The notes under the pieces were generated by a model, which saw only the letters and a program-made list of their open reading frames with translations, did no database searches and was not told the origin of the DNA. Below, piece after piece: positions 1 through 8,413 of a stretch of DNA of 64,000 nucleotides; position 1 is the first letter of the stretch, and each line of letters begins with the position of its first letter. Made by a program: the position numbers and the translations under genes. This DNA comes from Blepharisma stoltei ATCC 30299 (lineage: Eukaryota > Protista > Ciliophora). Location: positions 186,001-250,000 of the forward strand of contig CBFDEM010000003.1 in NCBI GenBank assembly GCA_965603825.1, written 5' to 3'.

Positions 1-114
1 TTGGTTCATATAGTGATAATTTTTTAAATCAGCGTGAGTAGATTGAAATAAGGCTTCTCTTTCTGCTTTTGATAAGGTTTCAATTGGCCTCAATCCTCTT
101 TTCTTCTCTCCCAT
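1..114 (-). CDS. 5' end of a hypothetical protein (runs off window start)
   Basis: ATG at 114 after AT-rich leader; open frame MGEKKRGLRPIETLSKAEREALFQSTHADLKNYHYMNQ to position 1. Confidence 0.55.
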   Translation of the reverse strand, partial: MGEKKRGLRPIETLSKAEREALFQSTHADLKNYHYMNQ

Positions 115-356
115 ATAATTATTTTAAATAATGCTGTGAGTGTTTCTATATAAGTTTTGTAAGAATAGGATATGCTGGTAAATGCAAGGTAGGCTAATAG
201 ATCGCAAAAATTTCTTATTTAAATAATTATAAAAATACTAAAAGTCTAAGACTGCGATTTTTAAGCTTAATTAATGTTTTTGAATGTATTATATTTGTAA
301 TTTACGACATAACTTTTTTGATTTAAAAAAAAATACTAAACTGTGCTATAATAAAA

Positions 357-1427
357 ATGACTGAACAGCGATGGAATGAAAGACTTGGCGAAATGATGAA
401 AAAGCAACGAAACACCCAAGAAAAGCTTAAAATGCTAAAAACTCAAAAGATTCTCGATGAGATGAAAGAGGTTACTGGTGTTCCTAAAATAAATGAGGTT
501 AGTCGAAAAGTGGCAGCTGAGCTCGAAAGAATTGAAGCTGAAAAAAAAATTTCGAGTGACTCCCATGGTAGAGAATCTACCCCGCCCCCACAAACTCCCA
601 AAAACAACACTAAATCTCAGCTAAGTAAATCCCTTGCCCGAGATTTTATGAGGTTAAATAAGGATGATGATCCTGAGTCAAAAAGACTTCCCCCTCCAAC
701 CGATATTATTTTTCCTCCAAAAAAGTTTGAAAATGTTCCTAGTAAGAATTTCAAAGATCTACAAGAAGCCTACGTCAGAGCTCAAACTCTTCACTGTCAA
801 CAACAAGATCCTCAGCCTCTTTCCCCTAGATGCCATGTGAATTTGCCATCAGGACAAGCTTCTGAGCCGTACATTAATTTAAGAGCTCCAGCCAATGGAA
901 AAGTCATCAATAAAATGGGAGTAAGCCAAGCAGAAACTTTGAGAAGAGACTTTCTGACGACTGAAGAAAAAAAGAAAGAAAGTCTTGACACATATAAGAA
1001 AAATATTCAATGGGCTCAAAAGCTTGAAGATAAACTTAACGAGCAAAGATGGGATAAGCAGGTTTCTGAAATTGCTTCATGCACTTTTAAACCTGCAGTT
1101 AATAAAACTCAAAACCTCAGAAACAGCTTCTCAGGAAATAATGAAGGAAAAGGTAAAAGCTATACTCAAATACATGACCAAAGGAAAACCATGCAAGCCA
1201 GCTTAGAAAACCAAGAAGCTCAGCTGAAAAAAGCAACGAGTGTGAAAAATATCGAGGGCTCTATTGATGACCTAGGAGAATCTCAAAATCCTTTTACGAA
1301 CAATAAGCCATTTACTTATTCATCGCTGACTCCAATGGGAGCTAAAGTCAAATATAGAGAAGGATTTAATGTAAAGAAATTTATGAATACTGCCAAGCCA
1401 ATGGTCAGTTATCAACAATTAGGATAA
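357..1427 (+). CDS. Hypothetical basic/coiled-coil protein (356 aa)
   Basis: Long ORF ending TAA; PKINxxS and CTFKPAVN short motifs; no enzyme motif recognised. Confidence 0.75.
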   Translation: MTEQRWNERLGEMMKKQRNTQEKLKMLKTQKILDEMKEVTGVPKINEVSRKVAAELERIEAEKKISSDSHGRESTPPPQTPKNNTKSQLSKSLARDFMRLNKDDDPESKRLPPPTDIIFPPKKFENVPSKNFKDLQEAYVRAQTLHCQQQDPQPLSPRCHVNLPSGQASEPYINLRAPANGKVINKMGVSQAETLRRDFLTTEEKKKESLDTYKKNIQWAQKLEDKLNEQRWDKQVSEIASCTFKPAVNKTQNLRNSFSGNNEGKGKSYTQIHDQRKTMQASLENQEAQLKKATSVKNIEGSIDDLGESQNPFTNNKPFTYSSLTPMGAKVKYREGFNVKKFMNTAKPMVSYQQLG

Positions 1428-1491
1428 ATAATAAAATTTAAATACATTATTGTAATATTTATTAGGACCTCGGAGAGGTTTAAATATTATT

Positions 1492-2848
1492 ATGGCAGCT
1501 TGGTATTTCAATGTTTCTCTCAAAGAAATAAAAGAAACTGTGCTGCAAGGTGACATAAAAAATCGCTTTGTTATATGAAAAATTCTTCTTGGAGTCCTTC
1601 AAGGCTCGCCTTCCGATTGGGTTTCCAATAATTTAAAACTTCGGGAAGAGTATAATCACATGAAATCGACCCTCACCCCTTCAATAAATCTAAAGCAAGA
1701 AGGGACAATAAATAATCCTTTATCGACAAGCACAGATGTAAATTACAATTAGAGTCCTTGATATACTCATTTTAAATACCAAGAAGTAAGAAGAGTTATA
1801 AGAATTGATGTTGACAGAACATATCAAAAGTATCAAATTTTCCAGGATGAGCACAATAAAAATCTATTGGAAAATATTTTATTTGTATGAAGCGCAACAC
1901 ACCCTATAGGATATAACCAAGGACTTAATGAAATTTGTGCTGTTATAATGTATGCAGTTTTAAATGATTCTGAAACTGAAGATGGGCTCACAAGCTGAGA
2001 GTATATAGAGGCAGATTGTTATTGAATATTTAGCAAAATAATGGAACTTAGTGTAGAGGAATTATTTGTGCATGACGCTGAGCTTACAAAAACAGGCCCC
2101 AATACGCTTGATGAATCGGCATGCTATGATAGGTCTATTTTAAGAGAGACTCCAGAGATGGTTAGAAGAAGCCATTATATTTTTCATAGAATTCTAAGCG
2201 CCACAGACCCAACTCTCTATACACATATACAAAAAAGCAAATATGATCCTCAACTTTTCTTTGTAAGATGGCTCAGGTGTTTATTATCACGAGAATTCAC
2301 ACTCAGCCAAACTCTTTTAGTTTGAGATAAAATGTTTGCTTGCCATAACATAAACAATAGGGAATTAGAACTTTTAAATTATATATGTGCAGCAATGCTT
2401 TCAGCTGACAGAGAAAATTGTAATAAATTATACAGTACTACAAACCCCATGTGCTGATTTATTAGAAGCATTAATGAATCCTTTAGTGATAAATGATATT
2501 TCTCTTGTATTAAATCAAGCTATAAGCTATTTTGAAGAGCAAGTGGATAAGAAAAATTCATTTTTAAATAAATGGAGCGGGGAATCTGGAATCCTGACAA
2601 ATTCCTTGAAAATGCTTTATAAGATGGTATCTAGTAAAACTGAGTATTTAAGAAAAAAACCAAAGAAAAAAGAAGTTACACTGGAGAGTATGCTGCTATA
2701 TGTAAGTCAGTCAAAACAGATGATAGAAGAACAAATAAAAATGTAAAAAATATACAGACAATGCTTAGATAGATATAAAATTAAGAAAACAATCAAAAAA
2801 ATGAAATATTTGCTGGAATTTTCTGGTTCTCAAGAGAAATTAAATTAA
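1492..2848 (+). CDS. Rab-GAP TBC-domain protein (TBC1D5-like)
   Basis: With TGA=W and introns 1738-1752, 2420-2435 and 2743-2757: IRIDVDRT, GYNQGLNEI, EADCYW, PQLFFVRWLRCLLSREF, LLVWD TBC motifs. Confidence 0.85.
1738..1752 (+). other. 15-nt spliceosomal intron
   Basis: GTAAATTACAATTAG; removes in-frame TAG in TBC gene. Confidence 0.85.
2420..2435 (+). other. 16-nt spliceosomal intron
   Basis: GTAATAAATTATACAG; restores frame between TBC exons. Confidence 0.8.
2743..2757 (+). other. 15-nt spliceosomal intron
   Basis: GTAAAAAATATACAG; removes TAA and extends the frame by ~30 codons. Confidence 0.65.
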
Positions 2849-2877
2849 TAAATCTGTTATTTATGCTTATAGTAGAC

Positions 2878-5049
2878 TTAAAGTGTAGATTTATAACGAT
2901 AATGAAGATAATGAAGCTTTGATGCTGCTTCAACAGCTACTGAGCTAGCATACACGCTTTCTCTAATAATTGATTTCTGCCATATATGTGCTGGCACTAA
3001 TGGCCTTACCCTTTCAATGATAACTGCAGCTTGGCCAATAAAATTTGCTCCTGAAATGACTACGACAGCTGGCCCAAACATCGAAAGTAATATAGAAATC
3101 GCTGTAGCTGGGTCCTGTACCTCCAATCTTGATAAATCTCCTAAATACTCTCCATCTTCTGAAAGCAGAATTCTTCCTTTATGCACGACACAGCTTCTAA
3201 GTCCATCATCATTAACAACTGCAATTAAAGTATGCGAATGTAAGCTTTGTTCACTAAAAAGCGCGACAGCGTCTACATCTCTTGCTATAGCAATAGCTCC
3301 TAAGTTTTCCAGTCCTTCTCTTTTATTAGCTGTTTTTTCAACAATTCCGATTTTTATTATTGGGGAAATAATACCAGTTTTTTTACTGATTGTTTCAATA
3401 TATTGAGAAATTATTGGATAAAGCTCAGAGTCTTCAGTAAATAATGCATCTTCTCTTATATTGTGAGATAGCATTGAGACCTGATTCTGTGTAATATGGA
3501 TACCTACTTCTAATAACTCACTTGAAGGATTTGAGTAGCATGAGTCACCCATTTTATCAGGGTGAGTGATTGTGATTATTTGGTGGATGTCTTTATGATC
3601 TTGTGAAGAGTTTTTTGGAATTGTGGAAGGTTTCAATAAAGATACTTTAAACCTTAAATGTTTTCCGGTGAACCAAGAATATTCATTGTCCCATGTAAAT
3701 TGATATAGCCCAGGTGTATGGATAAGCCTTACTCCTGTAGACGGAATTTGGTCACAAACAACCTTTTCTTCTTCTATAATAACTTCGGGCTGAGGCAAAT
3801 CTACTCGCGATAGTGAATAAGAAATATCGTAACTCTCTGTCGCAAAGCCCCACACTAAAATTGAATTTGCTTCTTGGACTTCAATTATTCTTGTAGCTTT
3901 TTCTCCACTTTGGATCATAACACTGAGAGGAAATCCTATATGTGTTTGTGTTTGGTCTATTTCTACTGCTTTTTCAGCTTCGAAAATTATTTCTTGGGCT
4001 GTTTCCTCATATTTTTCATGCTTAAACAGTGCTTCAATTTCTTTTTCATTTTCCAATCTTCCTTTAAATTCTCCATCTACATCAGCTGAGTGTAAAATCA
4101 CATATAAAAATACCGCAGCATTCTCTTTAATTCTATCATCAGCTATAGGAGCAGCCTTTTTAAAGTTGTCAATTACAAGATCATATATAGATGGTCTTTG
4201 CTCAGGATAATAATTCCAAAGTCTTCTTATTAAAACCCCTAAAATTGGATTATCTCCATTGCTAGCATACTGCAGTATCTGTAAAATTTTAAGGGAAGTA
4301 TAAAATACTCCATCATGAATATATAATAAACGGGTTTCTGAGGATTTATAAATATGGTTATGCGTAGAGCCATCATCAATTCCACCAAGCTTGACGTTAT
4401 AATTGACCCTGAAAATAAAATTTTCCAGAAATCTCGAAAACCTAAGCAGCATGTCATCAGTTGCGTTTAAAATCAAAGCATCTAAAACAGGCTCTAGCTG
4501 TGTGCCGTAGCATAAAAACTGCTCCTTCAGTGTAGGAATCGAGCTCATCATATCCATCAACCTATTAACAGCATAGCTATTTTTGTCTTGAATATCTTGA
4601 ATAATCAGATTTAAAGTTTCTTCATAATTAATAGCAGTTTTTTTATCCAATAATTGCTGAACTGCTTCAAGCTGTTCCCTTTCTAAGCCTCCGTGTTGAA
4701 TTAAATGAACTAAAATTTCTTTGACCCCAGCTTCTAAGTCTTCAGCGATTTCTGTGCCTTTTAAGTTTTCAGTGAGAAGGAAAATGTCGTTAGAAAGGTC
4801 TAGCATTAAGTGAAGATCATTCCTAGGCGCTAAGGCACAAATCTTTGTGTAAAGCTTAGCTGCGAATCGGATTATCTGAAAATCGAAATGAAGCACTATT
4901 TTCCTTAAGCATGCAATTACTTTTAAGTCAATACTGCCAATAGAGGAGTTTAGGAAGACTTCAGCTTGCTGAAGATTTCCTATAGCGTCAGTAATTGTTT
5001 TGGCTTTAAGAGCATTGCTTAATACGTCAAAAATGGGGTTTTCTGACAT
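2878..5049 (-). CDS. Helical-repeat + GOLD + ROK-like domain protein (723 aa)
   Basis: GOLD: ILVWGFATESYDISYSL...PGLYQFTWDNEYSWFTGKHLRFKV; the C-terminus follows the ROK sugar-kinase/repressor motif order (see findings). Confidence 0.8.
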   Translation of the reverse strand: MSENPIFDVLSNALKAKTITDAIGNLQQAEVFLNSSIGSIDLKVIACLRKIVLHFDFQIIRFAAKLYTKICALAPRNDLHLMLDLSNDIFLLTENLKGTEIAEDLEAGVKEILVHLIQHGGLEREQLEAVQQLLDKKTAINYEETLNLIIQDIQDKNSYAVNRLMDMMSSIPTLKEQFLCYGTQLEPVLDALILNATDDMLLRFSRFLENFIFRVNYNVKLGGIDDGSTHNHIYKSSETRLLYIHDGVFYTSLKILQILQYASNGDNPILGVLIRRLWNYYPEQRPSIYDLVIDNFKKAAPIADDRIKENAAVFLYVILHSADVDGEFKGRLENEKEIEALFKHEKYEETAQEIIFEAEKAVEIDQTQTHIGFPLSVMIQSGEKATRIIEVQEANSILVWGFATESYDISYSLSRVDLPQPEVIIEEEKVVCDQIPSTGVRLIHTPGLYQFTWDNEYSWFTGKHLRFKVSLLKPSTIPKNSSQDHKDIHQIITITHPDKMGDSCYSNPSSELLEVGIHITQNQVSMLSHNIREDALFTEDSELYPIISQYIETISKKTGIISPIIKIGIVEKTANKREGLENLGAIAIARDVDAVALFSEQSLHSHTLIAVVNDDGLRSCVVHKGRILLSEDGEYLGDLSRLEVQDPATAISILLSMFGPAVVVISGANFIGQAAVIIERVRPLVPAHIWQKSIIRESVYASSVAVEAASKLHYLHYRYKSTL

Positions 5050-5136
5050 ATATTACAATTTTGGCTTCATGAGGAGGCGTTGATTAATTATACTCATATT
5101 CTATAAACAAATTTATATTACTCTATTGATTAAAGT

Positions 5137-6426
5137 TTATTTGAAATAGTCCGTCTTATCAAAATCATACAGACTTCCAAAACCACCTACACTGAAATCT
5201 TGAAACCCATCCATGGTGCTCCCAAACATACTCCACGTGCTTGGCTGAATTTGCTGATTATAAGGGTTTTGGAATATTTGCTGCTGCTGTGCTTCATTAT
5301 TCGTAGGCATTGGCAGTTCTTCTTCATCTTCACTGCTACTAGATGAAGAACTGTCAGAGCTCGATTCTTCTGCTACTGCAGGCTGCTGTGGAGGCTGGGT
5401 ATCAGGCTTTTTGTTCTGTGAAAGCTGTTCTAGCTGTTGGTCTAGATCTTTGAGCCTAGAAGAAGTCATTTCTTGGATTGATTTCATGCCATCTATATTG
5501 ATTGACTTAGTTTTTTTCTTAGACTGAGACCTACTGGCGTTAGCTAAACATTGTTTTACGTATTTTTCAAGTTCTCGACATACATTGGAAGGAAGCTTGT
5601 CTATATCAAATTCAAGCTCTTCCCCTTGGACGTTCATACACTCTTGGACGATGTCTAAAACTCCTTTTAAGTACTTTGGGTCAAGTTTTTTGATGTTGCT
5701 ACATAGCACTTTTTTCTCGTTTAAAGTCATAGGCTTTTCAACAGGAGGCTTGGCAGGGACTTTTACGATTGATGAAGTTGTAGCGGCTTGAGGGTTGGCT
5801 TTGTTAGCTTGAATTTCTTTCATACCTTTTGATAATTTTTCGATTTTCTGATATAAGTCTTGCATGACATCTTGTTTGTCAGCAAGCATTACGTTTTCAT
5901 TGCCCTTCATAAGGGTTTCAAAATGCGAGCTGAGTTCCATTGTCATAGCATAGAGATCTGAATTTTTAGCATTGTACTGAAAAGAATTGCTCCAAATCAA
6001 GCGCATGTCCATTGCAAAATGATAGCCTGTTTCGTATTCTCCCGCACGTAATTTTTTTTCAACAGTACTTAAATCCATTGGCTCTTTGATTACTGTATGA
6101 TAATCTGGGACAAGCTTAGGATTCACTGGCTCCAAAAAAGGTTCAGAGTAATCGTGCTTCTTAATTGCTTGGAGTATTTTATAAATTTTCTTGAAAGAAT
6201 CACTTTGTTTTGGTAGGGTGTCAAAACTGTCAATTGATACTTGGCGCTTTACTCTGGCTGGGCGTAATTCCTTCTCTCTAGGAATATAAATATTATTAAA
6301 ATCCAAGTTTTCAAGTTCTGATTTCCTATGCTTATTTTTTGATTCCTTTTTGACTATAGTGTTAATTTTGAAGCCAGAAGGGAGTTTGGCATTTAATGCC
6401 AAAAGTTGAGAGCTTGTAAACTCCAT
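5137..6426 (-). CDS. Bromodomain + ET(NET) domain protein (BET/GTE-like)
   Basis: PFLEPVNP..VPDYHTVIKEPMDLSTVEKKL..YNAKNS bromodomain; PMTLNEKKVL..ELEFDIDKL ET domain; SEED-like acidic tail. Confidence 0.9.
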   Translation of the reverse strand: MEFTSSQLLALNAKLPSGFKINTIVKKESKNKHRKSELENLDFNNIYIPREKELRPARVKRQVSIDSFDTLPKQSDSFKKIYKILQAIKKHDYSEPFLEPVNPKLVPDYHTVIKEPMDLSTVEKKLRAGEYETGYHFAMDMRLIWSNSFQYNAKNSDLYAMTMELSSHFETLMKGNENVMLADKQDVMQDLYQKIEKLSKGMKEIQANKANPQAATTSSIVKVPAKPPVEKPMTLNEKKVLCSNIKKLDPKYLKGVLDIVQECMNVQGEELEFDIDKLPSNVCRELEKYVKQCLANASRSQSKKKTKSINIDGMKSIQEMTSSRLKDLDQQLEQLSQNKKPDTQPPQQPAVAEESSSDSSSSSSSEDEEELPMPTNNEAQQQQIFQNPYNQQIQPSTWSMFGSTMDGFQDFSVGGFGSLYDFDKTDYFK

Positions 6427-6978
6427 ATTATAATAGCCTCATATTTCAGAATTTAAAATTTGGAGTTTACCTGTGGGCCAATTTATATGTTTGGTAAAAA
6501 TCAATGTAACTCCCCTTGCATCAATATGTTTGCTAATGCATAAAGGTAATATAAGACATTTTGGTTTTAATATAAGATGACTAAATCGGATGGAAAAAAA
6601 TTTGCCTTTAAGGTTGTATAAGGAGATGATTTCAAGCTTTGATATAGATTTATTCTTATTATTCCAAAGAATGGCTCTTTCTTGCAAGTTTTAATGGCTT
6701 TATGGAGGTTGTTGGTGAGAATTTAATCATGTAGCCAAAGAAAATTTTCTGGTAAAAGAAAAGGCAAGGTAAATCAGAAAGAAGCCAGAATTGAGCATTA
6801 TATAAATATATACCATTAGATCTCAGAGACGGTGACAGTAAAAGCATGCAGTCTATGAGTCGCCAACAATTTAAACGAAAAGAAGATGAATAAATCCTTG
6901 TCTTTAAGCTTAAGCAGCCAAAAGCAAAAACTTAGAAATTAGTAAATAATTGGAAAAATAAATATATAAAATAATAAA

Positions 6979-7602
6979 ATGATCCATCCAGATCAAGCAA
7001 GATCAATTCTTGATGCTCTTAATATTTCAAAATCAAAACTTTCACCTCAAGGTCAAAAAAACCTCGAAGAGCTTGCAAAAATTGCATATTGCTTACAAAT
7101 AAACCCAGCATGCTTAGAATTGCCATCAGCAGTCGCTGAAGCTTTGATCACAAACTCCCAAGCAACTTCTCAAATCAACTCAGATATCGAAATTTTATTA
7201 AATGTCCAACAAAGCTTGAAAAAATCATTTTTGCTTTTAAATAAATTGAAAAAAATCAAATCTGAGTTACTAGAATCTACATCTTATTTAAGTAACAATA
7301 TATCATCCCGCCTAATCCCACAAAAAAAAGAACTCCAAGCAAGATTGCAAACTTTAACTCCAAAATGAGAAATTGATGAAGAACTAAGGCATGAGTCCCT
7401 CCTAGATCTCTCAGAAAAATGCCAAGAAACATCTCGTCAAGCTGCATCTCTCCAAATAAGGGTAGAAATGTTTAACGATATCCCACCTGTATTCACTATT
7501 TAGAACATACAACTAGCCCAACAGAAGCTTCAAGAAGCCAAACAAGAGCTTGCAAGAATAGACTCAGAATGGACACAAAAAGTCAATGAAATGCTCCAAT
7601 AA
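6979..7602 (+). CDS. HAUS1: Augmin subunit HAUS1-like protein
   Basis: TGA=W at 7366 and intron 7489-7503 give C-terminus LRHESLLDLSEK..VEMFNDIPPNIQLAQQKLQEAKQELARID, matching the HAUS1 H..L..LSE..DLxP..LAxxKxEEAKxEL pattern. Confidence 0.7.
7489..7503 (+). other. 15-nt spliceosomal intron
   Basis: GTATTCACTATTTAG; removes in-frame TAG. Confidence 0.85.
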
Positions 7603-7617
7603 CTAAATAAATTTAAA

Positions 7618-8406
7618 ATGGACTTAATTTTTGGAAATAGGAGAGCGGCACAGCAAAGAGAAGAAGAACGAAACAGGCCGACAGATATAATTTATGGGCA
7701 TCAAGATTACGGATATGAAGGACAAGACTTGCCTCAAGGCTATTTGTACCCTGATGATGAAAATTATACAAGAAAAGGCAAATTAATTGTTCCAGCCCAA
7801 CCTTTAGGTCCTGAACTTCCTCCTATCTCACAAGAAAACTATGACCCTGAAGCAGAGCTAGCTTCATTTTTATATACAGGTGTTGCAGGACAGATAGAAA
7901 GCGGACAAATACATAGAACTGACTTGCTTAAAATCAAATATACATTTGTTGCGGGGTCAGAATGAGAATTAATTTATGGCGATGGCAAAGGTGAGTCCCA
8001 ATATGCTAGAAAAACCACAGGAATAGGCGAAACTACCTGAAATTTATCCTTTGATGTAGGCTATAGATCACTTTCTCCTGCTGGCTGGCCACAACTTGTG
8101 ATAGAACTATTAGGGCCTAGCTATTCTGGCGGAGAAACACTCAAAGGATATGGGTGCATCCATATCCCTACATCTCCTGGCCGCTATGAAAGGTTCGCAA
8201 GAATTTTTTGCCCAGTCAGAGAAACCTGGTGAACTTGGCTAAAAGGTAAACTTTTTGGCCCAGACTGCGACCTTGCTGAAGAGCCATCTGAAATTGCATC
8301 AGGAGAAGGCCGAGAAGTAACCTCCGTCTATTACATAGGAAACATAAAAATTATTTTTGAAGTGATTCAGCGAAATATGGCAAGATTTGGGTATAAAACC
8401 TATTAA
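7618..8406 (+). CDS. B9D1: B9 domain ciliary transition-zone protein (B9D1-like) with N-terminal extension
   Basis: With TGA=W: GQIESG..W..GESQ..W(N)LSFDVGYRSLSPAGWPQLV..GYGCIHIPTSPG..GEGREVT; ends TAA 8406. Confidence 0.85.
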
Positions 8407-8413
8407 TGAGTTA

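Noticed and set aside
1452-1465. GTAATATTTATTAG intron-like 14-mer upstream of the TBC gene
   Set aside because: One nt shorter than all supported introns and not needed for any ORF; cannot be supported without RNA data
6439-6847. Short minus-strand ORFs upstream of the bromodomain gene
   Set aside because: No recognisable protein features; more likely leader or promoter sequence
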